DNA of 64,000 nucleotides from Burkholderiales bacterium (GCA_035627155.1 DASPMF010000066.1:3991-67990); one strand, 5' to 3'. Numbered from the stretch's first letter, positions 12,679 to 22,553 are shown. Program-made: numbers and translations. The notes: a model not told the origin generated them from the letters alone.

Positions 12679-12731
12679 GCGTGTTCTCCGGTAAGGCGCG
12701 AATTGTGCCACCGCCCTTGTACGATAGGCCC

Positions 12732-13502
12732 GTGCTGGTTCACCCCAACATCGATCCGATCGCGTTCTCCATTGGGCCCCTAGCGGTCCGCTGGTACGGG
12801 CTCATGTATCTCGCCGGCTTCGCTGCGGCATGGGGCCTCGGCCTTTCACGCATCAGGAGCGGCCGGGCGCCCGTGTCGCGCATGCAGTTCGACGAGATGG
12901 TGTTCTACGCGCTGCTCGGCGTGATCCTCGGCGGGCGGCTCGGCTACGTGCTCTTCTACAAGCCGGCCGAGTATCTTGCGAGCCCGCTGAAGATCTTCGC
13001 CATCTGGGAAGGCGGCATGTCCTTCCACGGCGGCCTGCTGGGCGTGCTGGTCGCCATGTGGATCCTCGCGCGGCGCTTCCGGATCCACTACTTCGACCTC
13101 ATGGACTTCGTCGCGCCGCTCTGCCCGCTCGGCCTTGCCGCCGGGCGCCTGGCAAACTTCATCAACGGCGAGCTGTGGGGCCGGGTCACCGAGGTGCCGT
13201 GGGGAATGGTGTTCCGCGGCGCCGGGCCGGCGCCCCGCCATCCTTCCCAGCTCTACCAGTTCGCGTTGGAAGGCCTGCTTCTCTTCGCCATCCTGTGGTG
13301 GTTCTCGTCGCGGCCCCGGGCGCGCGGACAGGCGTCGGGGCTGTTCCTCGTCGGCTACGGCGTGCTGCGCTTCGCTGCCGAATTCGCCCGTGAGCCGGAC
13401 GCGTTCCTCGGCTACCTGGCGCTCGGGCTCACGATGGGCCAGTGGCTGTGCATTCCAATGGTCCTGGCAGGGCTTGGCATCTTCGCGTGGGCCCGGCGCT
13501 AG
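12732..13502 (+). CDS. lgt: Prolipoprotein diacylglyceryl transferase
   Basis: [30 protein letters not shown] aligns with the E. coli Lgt N-terminus, so GTG at 12732 is preferred. The track start (GTG 12681) would abut the ilvD start codon. Confidence 0.85.
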   Translation: MLVHPNIDPIAFSIGPLAVRWYGLMYLAGFAAAWGLGLSRIRSGRAPVSRMQFDEMVFYALLGVILGGRLGYVLFYKPAEYLASPLKIFAIWEGGMSFHGGLLGVLVAMWILARRFRIHYFDLMDFVAPLCPLGLAAGRLANFINGELWGRVTEVPWGMVFRGAGPAPRHPSQLYQFALEGLLLFAILWWFSSRPRARGQASGLFLVGYGVLRFAAEFAREPDAFLGYLALGLTMGQWLCIPMVLAGLGIFAWARR

Positions 13503-14434
13503 GCCCGCTCCTCGACGCCGTGTTCCCGGTCTTCGGCCTCGTCGCCTGCGGGGTGCTGGCCGGGCGGTTCCGCCTGGTCCCCCAGGCTTCGAGCGTCGCG
13601 CTGAACCAGTTCGTCTACGCCTTTGCCTTGCCGGCGATGCTGTTTGTCGCGGTTTACCGCGGCTCGCTGGAGGACATCCTCAGCGGTTATTTCCTTCTCG
13701 GGGTCGTGGCTGCAACGCTCGGCACCGCGCTCCTTGGCTACGCCCTCTCCCGCAAAGTGCAGGACGGTACGCCGGCCGAAAGCACGATGCGGGCGCTCAA
13801 CGCCTCCTTCGCCAACACAGGTTATCTCGGCATTCCGCTCGTTACCGTGGCATATGGCGAGCGCGCGGCGCTGCCTGCGGCCCTCGCGACCGTGGCGACC
13901 AACATCGTGTCGTTCGCCGTCGCGATCGTTTGCCTGGAGGTTTTCGTCAACCCGCGGCGCGGCGCCGTGCGGCGCGCGCTCGGCGGCGTGGTGCGAAGCC
14001 CGCTCATCTGGCCGATCGCCCTTGCGGTCGCCGTGGTCGCCGCCGGCATCCGCATTCCCCTGCCCGTCGAGCGATTCGCGACGCTCCTCGCGGCCGCCGC
14101 AGGTCCCTGCGCGCTGTTTGCGATCGGTCTCTTCGTCTCGCAGCTTTCGATCCGCGCCGGCGTCGCCGCGAGCTGGCCGAGCACGGCGCTGAAGCTCGTC
14201 GTCCACCCCGCGCTCATGGCGGCGCTCGCGCTCCTCTTCCTGCCGATCGATCCTTTCTGGGCCAAGGTCGGGGTCGTATGCGCGAGCCTGCCCTTGGGCG
14301 CCACGGCCTTCGTGCTGGCACAGCGCTACAAGCTCCTCGAGGCCGAGACGTCGACCGGCGCCGTCTTGTCCACGGCGGTATCGGTTCTCTCCGTCTCGGT
14401 CGTAATGCTGCTGTTCGACTTTGCGGGACTGTGA
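13442..14434 (+). CDS. AEC (auxin efflux carrier) family transporter
   Basis: About 10 TM segments. N-terminal [19 protein letters not shown] and [14 protein letters not shown] are typical of the AEC family. The start is uncertain: GTG 13442 overlaps lgt by 61 nt, and GTG 13520 is the alternative. Confidence 0.75.
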   Translation: MAVHSNGPGRAWHLRVGPALGPLLDAVFPVFGLVACGVLAGRFRLVPQASSVALNQFVYAFALPAMLFVAVYRGSLEDILSGYFLLGVVAATLGTALLGYALSRKVQDGTPAESTMRALNASFANTGYLGIPLVTVAYGERAALPAALATVATNIVSFAVAIVCLEVFVNPRRGAVRRALGGVVRSPLIWPIALAVAVVAAGIRIPLPVERFATLLAAAAGPCALFAIGLFVSQLSIRAGVAASWPSTALKLVVHPALMAALALLFLPIDPFWAKVGVVCASLPLGATAFVLAQRYKLLEAETSTGAVLSTAVSVLSVSVVMLLFDFAGL

Positions 14435-14991
14435 AGGCTCTCGCCCTCCTTCTCGCGCTTTGCGTTGTTCCCGCCGCTGCACGCGCGGATGAGGCCCTTT
14501 GGAACCTGCTGCGGGCCGGCGGCCAGGTGCTTTTCATCCGGCACGCGACGACGACGCCGGGCGTGGGTGACCCGCAAGGGTTCCGCCTCGACGATTGCGC
14601 CTCGCAACGCAATCTTTCGCGCGACGGGCAGGAGGAAGCGCGGCGGCTCGGCGAAGCGCTGCGCAGGCAGAAGGTACCGATCGGTGCGGTCGTCTCGAGC
14701 CCGTGGTGCCGCTGCACGGAGACCGCGCAGCTTGCGTTCGGCCGCGTGGACGAGAAGTGGGACGCGCTCGGCAACCTCTTCGGCCGCGCGCCGAACGCCG
14801 ATGCGCAGGTGAAGGCGATGCAGCCGCGCATCGCAGGCTACCGCGGCAAGGAGAACCTCGTCCTTGTCTCGCATGGCTCCACCGCCTACGCGCTCGCCGG
14901 GCTCTCGCCCCGGCAGGCGGAAGTGCTCGTCCTCACGCCGCTCGGCAAGGACGGCTTCCGCGTCGCCGGGCGCCTCGGCCCGTTGCGCTAG
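14431..14991 (+). CDS. Histidine phosphatase family protein with signal peptide
   Basis: These are the last 186 codons of track ORF 13135..14991. GTG at 14431 overlaps the AEC stop (GTGA). Signal peptide [19 protein letters not shown], catalytic RHA motif (LFIRHATTTPG), second His in LVLVSHGS. Confidence 0.7.
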   Translation: MKALALLLALCVVPAAARADEALWNLLRAGGQVLFIRHATTTPGVGDPQGFRLDDCASQRNLSRDGQEEARRLGEALRRQKVPIGAVVSSPWCRCTETAQLAFGRVDEKWDALGNLFGRAPNADAQVKAMQPRIAGYRGKENLVLVSHGSTAYALAGLSPRQAEVLVLTPLGKDGFRVAGRLGPLR

Positions 14992-17843
14992 AGGGCCTGG
15001 GCAAGCACGCGCGCCACATGCAGCGCCTCGCGCTGCGCGCCGTCTGCGATCTGGTGCCGGCAACTCGTGCCGTCGGCTACGACGAGGTCACCCGCGGCTG
15101 CCTTGCGCACGGCGGGCAGCAGGCTCGCCTCGCCCATGCGCATCGAGACTTCGTAATGCTCGGCTTCGAAACCGAAGCTGCCGGCCATCCCGCAGCAGCT
15201 TGTCTCGACCGTCCGGACGTTGAGACCTGGCACCATCGACAGGACGCGCTCGACCGCGCCCATGGCGCCGAATGCCTTCTGGTGGCAATGCCCGTGGAGC
15301 AGCGCCTCGCGCTCGAGCGGCTTGAACTCGAGGGCGAACCGGCCGGCTTGCGCCTCGCGCACCAAGAACTCCTCGAAAAGGAAGCTGTTGCGCGCGAGCG
15401 CCTCGGCGCCGGGCAACAGGACGGTGAACTCGTCGCGGAACGAGAAGAGACACGACGGCTCGAGGCCCACGACCGGCACCCCGCGCTCCACCCAGGGGCC
15501 GAGCGCGTCGAGCGTTCGCCGTGCCTCGGCCTTCGCCTCGTCGACAAGTCCGACGGACAGAAAGGTCCGGCCGCAGCAGAGCGGGCGACCTTCCAGGGCA
15601 GGCGTGGCGACGTGAACCCGATATCCGGCCGCCTCCAGCACGCGGATTGCGGCGCGCGGGTTCTCCGGCTCGAACCAGCGACTGAAGGTATCCACGAAGA
15701 GGACGACTTCGCGCTCCCCGCGCTTTGCCCAGACCCGATCGACGAAGTAATCGCGCCGCCAGCGCGGAAGCTGGCGTTTACCCGTAAAGCCGAGCGGCCT
15801 TCTCGCAAGCCGGCTACCCAGGTTGGCGAGCCCGGCAAAGCGGGCCGCCCAGGGCGCGTAGCGAGGCAGGTACGCAATGGCGCCTTCCCGCGCGCTCACC
15901 GGATGCTTCTTGCGGTAGTGGGCGAGGTACTCGACCTTCATTCGCGCCATGTCGACGCCAGTGGGACATTCGCGCTTGCAGCCCTTGCAAGAAACGCAGA
16001 GCTCGAGCGCGTCCTTCACGCTCTCCATGGGGACCTGGCCGGACAGCGCTAGACGCAACGTGTTCGCCCGCCCGCGCGTCACATGGGTCTCGTCGCGCGT
16101 GACCCGGTACGAGGGACACATGGTTCCGGCGTCGAACTTGCGGCAGTGGCCGTTGTTGTTGCACATCTCCGCGGCCTTGTCGTAGCCGCCCCACTCGCTC
16201 CAGTCGAGCGCGGCCGGCGGCGGTTGCGTCGCGTAGCCGGGCGGAAAGCGGAACAGGCTTCGCTCGTCCATCCTCGGCGGATTGACGATCTTGCCGGGAT
16301 TCATGAGGCCGCGCGGATCGAGCAGCTCCTTGATCTCGGCGAGCGTCGCCGTGAGGCGCGGTCCGAAGAAAGGGGCGATCCACTCCGAGCGCGCCAGCCC
16401 GTCCCCGTGCTCGCCGGAGTACGCGCCCTTGTACTGCTTGACCAGCGCCGAGGCCTCCTCGGCGATCGCTCGCATCTTCTGCGCGCCGTCGCGGCGCATG
16501 TCGAGCACCGGGCGCACATGCAGGGTTCCGACCGACGCATGCGCGTACCAGGTGCCGCGCGTGCCGTGCTTCTCGAACACCTGGGTAAGGCGGTCGGTGT
16601 ACTCGGCCAGATGCTCGAGGGGCACCGCGCAGTCCTCGATGAACGACACCGGCTTGCCGTCGCCCTTCATGGACATCATGATGTTCAGCCCTGCCTTGCG
16701 CACTTCCCACAGGTCGCGTTGCTGTTTCGCGTCGGTGATCTCCACCACGCTGCCTGGCAGCCCCAGGTCGGCCATCAGCGCGACGAGCTGCTTCAGGCGC
16801 GCGACTTCGGCGGCATGGTCTTCGCCGGAGAACTCGACCAGCAGGATCGCGTCCGGCTCGCCCTTGATGAACGCGTCCACCGTCTTGCGGAACGCCGCGA
16901 TGTCGCGTGCAAGCCCGATCATGGTGCGGTCGACGAGCTCCACCGCCGACGGAGCGAGCTTCACGATGTGCTGTGTGAGATCCATCGCTGCGTAGAACTT
17001 CGGGAAGTGGCAGACGCCGAGGACCCTTGCGGGCGGGAGCGGCGAGAGCTTCAGGTGAAGGCGCTCCGACCATGCGAGCGTCCCTTCCGAGCCGACGAGG
17101 AGGTGCGCCGCGTTCGCATGCGGCTCGCCGAGGTGGTCGAGGTTGTAGCCGGCCACCCGGCGCAGCACCTTCGGGAAGCGCGCCTCGATCTCGTCGCGAT
17201 CGCGCTCGTAGATCGCGCGCAGCTTGCGCACCAGCTCGCCGTACCCGCCGCTGCTGGCTTGCGCCATCGGGCCGAAGCGCCAGCGCTCGCCGCCCACGGT
17301 CAGGGCGTCGATGGCGAGCACATTGTGGACCATGTTGCCGTATGCAATGGAGCGCGAGCCGCACGAGTTGTTGCCCGCCATTCCACCGAGCGTGGCCTGC
17401 GCGCTCGTGGAGACATCGACCGGGAACCACAAGCCATGCGCTCGCAGCTGCGCATTCAGCGCATCGAGCACGATGCCCGGTTGCACCTCCGCCGTGCGCG
17501 CGGCCGGATCGACGGCCACAAGGCGGTTCAGGTACTTGGTATGGTCTATGACGAGCGCCGCGCCGACCGTCTGGCCGCATTGGGAGGTGCCGGCGCCGCG
17601 CGGGAGGATCGGGACCCCGGCGTCCGCGGCAATCCCGATCGCGCCGCGCGCCGCTTCCTCGGTACGCGGCACGACGACGCCGATCGGCTCCATCTGGTAG
17701 ATGGAGGCGTCGGTCGCGTAGCGGCCGCGGCTCGCTGCATCGAAAAGCACTTCGGCGTCGACTTCGGCGCGCAGGCGCCGCGCCAGGCCCGAATGCGCGG
17801 CCGATGTCTTGACGAGCCGGAGGGGAAATGAAGGCGCGTTCAA
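14988..17843 (-). CDS. Fused FAD-binding (GlcD-like) / 4Fe-4S + CCG-domain (GlcF/GlpC-like) 2-hydroxyacid dehydrogenase, YdiJ-like
   Basis: 951 aa. FAD_binding_4 region (PRGAGTSQCGQ), Fe-S motifs CNNNGHCRKFDAGTMCPSY and CVSCKGCKRECPTG, CCG motif CCGMAGSFG. The TTG start at 17843 overlaps the GntR stop (TTGA). Confidence 0.85.
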   Translation of the reverse strand: MNAPSFPLRLVKTSAAHSGLARRLRAEVDAEVLFDAASRGRYATDASIYQMEPIGVVVPRTEEAARGAIGIAADAGVPILPRGAGTSQCGQTVGAALVIDHTKYLNRLVAVDPAARTAEVQPGIVLDALNAQLRAHGLWFPVDVSTSAQATLGGMAGNNSCGSRSIAYGNMVHNVLAIDALTVGGERWRFGPMAQASSGGYGELVRKLRAIYERDRDEIEARFPKVLRRVAGYNLDHLGEPHANAAHLLVGSEGTLAWSERLHLKLSPLPPARVLGVCHFPKFYAAMDLTQHIVKLAPSAVELVDRTMIGLARDIAAFRKTVDAFIKGEPDAILLVEFSGEDHAAEVARLKQLVALMADLGLPGSVVEITDAKQQRDLWEVRKAGLNIMMSMKGDGKPVSFIEDCAVPLEHLAEYTDRLTQVFEKHGTRGTWYAHASVGTLHVRPVLDMRRDGAQKMRAIAEEASALVKQYKGAYSGEHGDGLARSEWIAPFFGPRLTATLAEIKELLDPRGLMNPGKIVNPPRMDERSLFRFPPGYATQPPPAALDWSEWGGYDKAAEMCNNNGHCRKFDAGTMCPSYRVTRDETHVTRGRANTLRLALSGQVPMESVKDALELCVSCKGCKRECPTGVDMARMKVEYLAHYRKKHPVSAREGAIAYLPRYAPWAARFAGLANLGSRLARRPLGFTGKRQLPRWRRDYFVDRVWAKRGEREVVLFVDTFSRWFEPENPRAAIRVLEAAGYRVHVATPALEGRPLCCGRTFLSVGLVDEAKAEARRTLDALGPWVERGVPVVGLEPSCLFSFRDEFTVLLPGAEALARNSFLFEEFLVREAQAGRFALEFKPLEREALLHGHCHQKAFGAMGAVERVLSMVPGLNVRTVETSCCGMAGSFGFEAEHYEVSMRMGEASLLPAVRKAAAGDLVVADGTSCRHQIADGAQREALHVARVLAQAL

Positions 17844-18511
17844 GCGGCCGCGCGCGCGCCCAGTGACTTGAGCACCTGCGCCAGCTTGTGCGCGAGGTGA
17901 TCGGCGAGCAGGCGTTTGAGCTTGGCGGCGTCACGCTTCTCCAGCGCCTGCATGATGCTCTCGTGCTCGGCCACCGCGGCGTCCCAGCGCTCCCTCGAAA
18001 GGTTCGCCATGTACCGGGCGCGCTTCACGTTGGCGTTCAGCTGGCGATAGGTGTTCGCAAGGACTGCGTTTCCGGAGGCCTCGACGATGGCCAGGTGGAT
18101 CATCTGGTTGTGGCGGAAGTAGCCGGCGAGGTCGCCTCTCGCATGCATGGTGACCATGCGTCCGTGCAGCGCCCGTATGCGACGAATCTCTTCGTCGCCG
18201 GCGTTCGCACACACAAGCTCGCCGGCGAGCGCTTCCAGGGTTCCCATGACCGTCAGGGTCTGGGCAATGCGCTGCGGTTCGACGGCGCTCACGACCGCGC
18301 CGCGGTTGGGGAGCAGCTCGACCAGCCCTTCCGTGGCGAGCAGCTTGATCGCCTCGCGAAGCGGCGTGCGGGAAATGCCGAGCTGCTGGCAGAGCTCTCG
18401 CTCGTTCAACCGCTCGCCGGGGGCCAGGCGCCCTTGGACAATCTGGTCGCGCAGGCGGTCCACGGCTTCCTCGTGCAGGGGTCTACGGCTGATCGGCGCG
18501 ATGGCTTGCAT
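17840..18511 (-). CDS. GntR family transcriptional regulator (FadR/FCD subfamily)
   Basis: These are the last 223 codons of track ORF 17840..19942, from the ATG at 18511. wHTH ERELCQQLGISRTPLREAIKLLATEGLVE with a C-terminal FCD-like helical domain. Confidence 0.85.
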   Translation of the reverse strand: MQAIAPISRRPLHEEAVDRLRDQIVQGRLAPGERLNERELCQQLGISRTPLREAIKLLATEGLVELLPNRGAVVSAVEPQRIAQTLTVMGTLEALAGELVCANAGDEEIRRIRALHGRMVTMHARGDLAGYFRHNQMIHLAIVEASGNAVLANTYRQLNANVKRARYMANLSRERWDAAVAEHESIMQALEKRDAAKLKRLLADHLAHKLAQVLKSLGARAAA

Positions 18512-18539
18512 TTGGCTGCATTTTGTATGCAGAATGCAA
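18506..18539. promoter_or_regulatory. Nested inverted repeats, candidate GntR operator in divergent promoter region
   Basis: The outer arms are TTGCATT (18506-18512) and AATGCAA (18533-18539). They enclose CTGCAT-TTTGT-ATGCAG (18516-18532). The element overlaps the regulator start codon and lies 24 nt upstream of the aminotransferase ATG. Confidence 0.35.
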
Positions 18540-18562
18540 AAAAGTCCATTTCTGAGGCAGCC

Positions 18563-19762
18563 ATGTCCCGACCCGCCGGCCGACATTTCCTTCAAATCCC
18601 CGGACCGACCAACGTCCCGGACCGCGTGCTGCGTGCGATCGACTTCCCGACGATGGATCACCGCGGCCCGGATTTCGCTGACCTGGGCAAGGCGGTCCTC
18701 GCGGGGATGAAGCGCGTCTTCCAGACGAAGCACGGGGACGTGGTGATCTATCCCGCTTCCGGTACCGGCGCCTGGGAAGCTGCGCTGGTAAACACGCTGG
18801 CGGCGGGCGATCGGGTGCTGATGTGCGAGACGGGCCACTTCGCAACGCTGTGGCAGAAGCTCGCCGCGCGCCTCGGACTGGAAGTCGAGTTTCTCCCCGG
18901 CGACTGGCGCCATGGCGCCGACGCCGAAGCGGTCGAGAAGCGCCTGCGCGGCGACGCGGAGAAGCGCATCAAGGCCGTGTGCGTGGTGCACAACGAGACC
19001 TCGACGGGCGTCGTGTCGCGAATCGCCGAAGTGCGCCGCGCGATGGACGCCGCCGGCCACCCGGCGCTTTTCATGGTCGATACCATTTCTTCGCTCGCCT
19101 CGCTCGACTACCGGCACGATGAATGGGGCGTCGACGTCACGGTGGCAGGCTCGCAGAAGGGCCTCATGCTGCCGCCCGGCCTTTCTTTCAACTGCATCTC
19201 GCAGAAGGCGCTCGCCGCTTCCAGGAGCACGGGGCTGCCGCGCAGCTACTGGGCCTGGGACGACATGCTTGCGCACGGCAAGAGCGGCTACTTCCCGTAC
19301 ACGCCCGCGACCAACCTGCTGTACGGGTTGCGCGAGTCGCTGAAGATGCTGCTCGAAGAAGAAGGCTTGGAGGCCGTGTTCGCGCGGCACCAGCGCCACG
19401 GCGAGGCGACGCGACGCGCGGTGCGCGCATGGGGACTCGAGGTCCTCGCCGCCGATCCGCGCGAGTACTCCGGTTCCTTGACCGCGGTGCTGCTCCCCGC
19501 CGGGCACGACGCCGACCGGGTGCGCAAGATCATCCTGGAGGCGTTCGACATGTCCCTCGGGACCGGCCTGGGCAAGCTTGCGGGCAAGGTGTTCCGCATC
19601 GGCCATCTGGGCGACTTCAACGACCTCACCCTGATGGGGACGCTCGCCGGGGTGGAGATGGGCCTCGAGCTCGCCGGCGTCCCGGTGAAGAAGGAAGGCG
19701 TGCGGGCGGCAATGGAGTACCTTTCGGACTCGCGCCGCCCGCCTGCCAAGCAGGCCGCCTGA
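18563..19762 (+). CDS. Class V PLP-dependent aminotransferase (serine/alanine-glyoxylate aminotransferase-like)
   Basis: Internal ATG at 18563 of track ORF 17888..19762. Motifs: MSRPAGRHFLQIPGPTNVPDRVL, HNETSTGV, PLP-lysine context GSQKGLMLPPG. Confidence 0.85.
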   Translation: MSRPAGRHFLQIPGPTNVPDRVLRAIDFPTMDHRGPDFADLGKAVLAGMKRVFQTKHGDVVIYPASGTGAWEAALVNTLAAGDRVLMCETGHFATLWQKLAARLGLEVEFLPGDWRHGADAEAVEKRLRGDAEKRIKAVCVVHNETSTGVVSRIAEVRRAMDAAGHPALFMVDTISSLASLDYRHDEWGVDVTVAGSQKGLMLPPGLSFNCISQKALAASRSTGLPRSYWAWDDMLAHGKSGYFPYTPATNLLYGLRESLKMLLEEEGLEAVFARHQRHGEATRRAVRAWGLEVLAADPREYSGSLTAVLLPAGHDADRVRKIILEAFDMSLGTGLGKLAGKVFRIGHLGDFNDLTLMGTLAGVEMGLELAGVPVKKEGVRAAMEYLSDSRRPPAKQAA

Positions 19763-19790
19763 GCGGCATCTGAAACAAGGAGGAGGAACG

Positions 19791-20762
19791 ATGAAACTGC
19801 ACCTGGGCATCGCGGCGCTCGCCGCCGGTTTTTTCGCGACTGCAGCGGTCGCGCAGACGGAAATCAAGTTTGGCCACGTCGGGGAACCGGGCTCGCTCTT
19901 CGCGGCCTCGGCCGAGGAGTTTGCCAAGCGGGCGAACGCCAAGCTGGGCGGGAAGGCGAAGGTCGTGGTCTACGGCTCCAGCCAGCTCGGCGGCGACAAG
20001 GAGCTGCTGCAGAAGCTCAAGCTCGGCACGGTGGACATGGCGCTGCCGTCGACGGTGATGTCTTCCGAGGCGGACCTTTTCGGGGTGTTCGAGATGCCGT
20101 ACCTCGTGAAGGACCGCAACCACATGAAGAAGATCGAGAGCGAGGTTTTCTGGAAAGCGCTGGCGCCGACCGCCGAGGCGAAGGGGCTCAAGGTCGTGGC
20201 GGTCTGGGAAAACGGCTATCGCCACATCACGAACTCGAAGCGGCCGATCAACTCGCCCGCGGACCTGCAGGGCATCAAGCTGCGCGTGCCGGAGGGCAAG
20301 TGGCGGGTGAAGATGTTCCAGACCTACGGGGCCAACCCCTCGCCGATGAAGTTCTCCGAAGTGTTCACGGCGCTGCAGACAGGCGTGATGGATGGGCAGG
20401 AGAACCCCTTCACGCAGATCTACAGCGCGAAGTTCCAGGAAGTGCAGAAGTTCCTTTCGCTGACGGGCCACGTCTACACGCCCGCGTATGTGACGGTGGG
20501 GAGCCGAAAGTGGTCCAGCCTTCCGGCCGACGTACGCACGACCCTCGAGGCCGTCGCGAAGGAAACGCAGGCGTTCGTCTACCAGACCGCGGCGAAGGCG
20601 GAGGAAGACCTCCTCGCCAAGCTGAGGGCCGGCGGCATGCAGGTGAACACGCCGAACAAGGACGCCTTCATCGCCGCTTCCAAGCCGGTCTACGAGGAGT
20701 TTGCGAAGGAAGTGAAAGGCGCGAAGGAAGTCATCGACCGAGCGATCGCGCTCGGCAAGTAG
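19791..20762 (+). CDS. dctP: TRAP transporter substrate-binding protein (DctP family)
   Basis: 323 aa with SD AGGAGGA. Signal peptide plus DctP-type sequence (IKFGHVGEPGS, GLKVVAVWENGYRHITN). Confidence 0.85.
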   Translation: MKLHLGIAALAAGFFATAAVAQTEIKFGHVGEPGSLFAASAEEFAKRANAKLGGKAKVVVYGSSQLGGDKELLQKLKLGTVDMALPSTVMSSEADLFGVFEMPYLVKDRNHMKKIESEVFWKALAPTAEAKGLKVVAVWENGYRHITNSKRPINSPADLQGIKLRVPEGKWRVKMFQTYGANPSPMKFSEVFTALQTGVMDGQENPFTQIYSAKFQEVQKFLSLTGHVYTPAYVTVGSRKWSSLPADVRTTLEAVAKETQAFVYQTAAKAEEDLLAKLRAGGMQVNTPNKDAFIAASKPVYEEFAKEVKGAKEVIDRAIALGK

Positions 20763-20769
20763 CCGGGGG

Positions 20770-21273
20770 ATGCTGGCCGCGTTTCGCAGGCGCTACGAGC
20801 GCCTGCTGGAGTGGATCGCCATCGTGCTAATGGCCGCGCTCGCCGTCGAAGTGACGGCGGGCGTGGTCTTCCGCTATTCCGGCTACTCGCTCGTCTGGTA
20901 CGACGAGGTGGCCACCATCCTGCTCGCCTGGGTCACGTTCTACGGCTCGGCGCTCGCGGTCCTGAAGCACGGTCACATGGGCGTTCCGGAAATCGTGCGC
21001 ATGTTTCCCGCCCGCCTGCGCGTCGCGGCAACCGTGGTCGCGCAGCTTTGCACGGTCGCCTTCTACGCGCTGCTCGCCTGGACCGGCTACGCCGTTCTCG
21101 AGATCCTGGCTTCGGACACGCTGGTCTCGCTTCCGGCCGTGTCCGTCGCTTACGCGCAGTCGGTGATTCCCGTGAGCGCGGTGCTCATCATCGTGGCGCA
21201 GGTGCTGGTCTTTCCCGAGGTGCTGGATGAGGCGCGCCGCGGCAGGATCGAGAAGGCCGAGGAGCTGATATGA
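20770..21273 (+). CDS. dctQ: TRAP transporter small permease (DctQ family)
   Basis: 167 aa with 4 predicted TM segments. Sits between dctP and dctM. Its stop overlaps the dctM ATG (ATGA). Confidence 0.8.
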   Translation: MLAAFRRRYERLLEWIAIVLMAALAVEVTAGVVFRYSGYSLVWYDEVATILLAWVTFYGSALAVLKHGHMGVPEIVRMFPARLRVAATVVAQLCTVAFYALLAWTGYAVLEILASDTLVSLPAVSVAYAQSVIPVSAVLIIVAQVLVFPEVLDEARRGRIEKAEELI

Positions 21274-22553
21274 CCGGCGCCCTCGTCCTGCTGTGCGTCA
21301 TCGTGCTCGTGCTCATCAACGTGCCGATTGCCGTGTCGCTCGGCATTGCCGCCGTGGTCGCGATGCTGGCCACGCAAGGCACGGCGGCGCTGCCAAACGT
21401 GCCGCTGACGCTTTACCAGGGTGCCACGAGCTTTCCGCTGATCGCGATTCCGCTTTTCATCCTCGCGGGCGCGATCATGAACACCTCGGGCATCTCGCAG
21501 AAGCTCATGGATTTCTGCACGGCGCTTCTCGGCTGGATGAAGGGCGCGCTCGCCCAGGTCAACGTCGTCACCTCGATGTTCTTCGCCGAGATCTCCGGAT
21601 CCGCAGTGGCGGACATCGCCGCGACGGGGCCGATCATCATTCCGGCGATGAAGGCGCGCGGCTATCCCGGCCCGTTCACCGCCGCGGTGACCTCCTCCAC
21701 CGCCTCGCTCGCCATCATCATTCCACCATCGATCCCCATGATCCTCTACGCCGTCATGGCGGGGGCGTCGGTCGTGCAGCTGTTCGTGGCCGGGGTCGTG
21801 CCGGGGCTTCTCGCCGGGTTCACGATGATGGGCCTCTGCCACTGGTACGCGGTGCGCAAAGGGTGGCCGGTCGAGGAAGTCTTCCAGTGGGGCAAGCTTT
21901 GGCGCGCTTTCAAGGACTCGGCCTGGGCGCTCCTGCTGCCGATCATCATCTTGGGCGGGATCTTCGGTGGCATCGTCACCGCCACGGAGGGCGCGGCGCT
22001 CGCCGTGCTCGCCGCGCTTTTCGTCGGCGGCGTGATCTACCGGGACCTGAGCTGGGCGCGCCTGCAGCAGGCGATCATCGAAGGCACGGTGCAGACCGGC
22101 TCGGTGATGCTACTCGTCGCCGCTTCGGCGCTCCTCGGGCTATATCTCACCGAAGCGCAGCTTCCCCAGACGATCGCGCAGACCATGATTTCGCTCACCA
22201 GCGAGAAATGGGCCGTACTCGCGATCCTGAACGTGTTCTTCCTCGTCATCGGCATGTTCCTGCACTCCGCGGCGGCGATCATTCTCGTCGTGCCGATCGT
22301 GATGCCGGCTGTGACGGCGGTCGGCATCGACCCGGTGCATTTCGGGGTCATCGTGACGCTCAACCTCGCCATCGGCCAGCAGACCCCGCCGGTCGCGAGC
22401 GTACTCATGCTCACGTGCTCGATCGCCAAGGAAAGCGTCTGGGATGTCACTCGGGCGAACATTCCGTTCATCGTGGTGCTCGTCGCGACCTTGCTCCTCG
22501 TAACCTACGTCCCCGTAACGACGCTCGGCCTCGTGGAGCTCTTCTACCGGTGA
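21270..22553 (+). CDS. dctM: TRAP transporter large permease (DctM family)
   Basis: 427 aa polytopic protein. DctM-type sequence (LFILAGAIMNTSGIS, MFFAEISGSAVAD). Confidence 0.85.
   Translation: MTGALVLLCVIVLVLINVPIAVSLGIAAVVAMLATQGTAALPNVPLTLYQGATSFPLIAIPLFILAGAIMNTSGISQKLMDFCTALLGWMKGALAQVNVVTSMFFAEISGSAVADIAATGPIIIPAMKARGYPGPFTAAVTSSTASLAIIIPPSIPMILYAVMAGASVVQLFVAGVVPGLLAGFTMMGLCHWYAVRKGWPVEEVFQWGKLWRAFKDSAWALLLPIIILGGIFGGIVTATEGAALAVLAALFVGGVIYRDLSWARLQQAIIEGTVQTGSVMLLVAASALLGLYLTEAQLPQTIAQTMISLTSEKWAVLAILNVFFLVIGMFLHSAAAIILVVPIVMPAVTAVGIDPVHFGVIVTLNLAIGQQTPPVASVLMLTCSIAKESVWDVTRANIPFIVVLVATLLLVTYVPVTTLGLVELFYR

Noticed and set aside
15814-17934. 706-aa minus ORF and 485-aa plus ORF (14595..16052) over the FAD/Fe-S dehydrogenase
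   Set aside because: These are alternative-frame or antisense shadows of a gene whose own frame carries FAD, 4Fe-4S and CCG motifs throughout.
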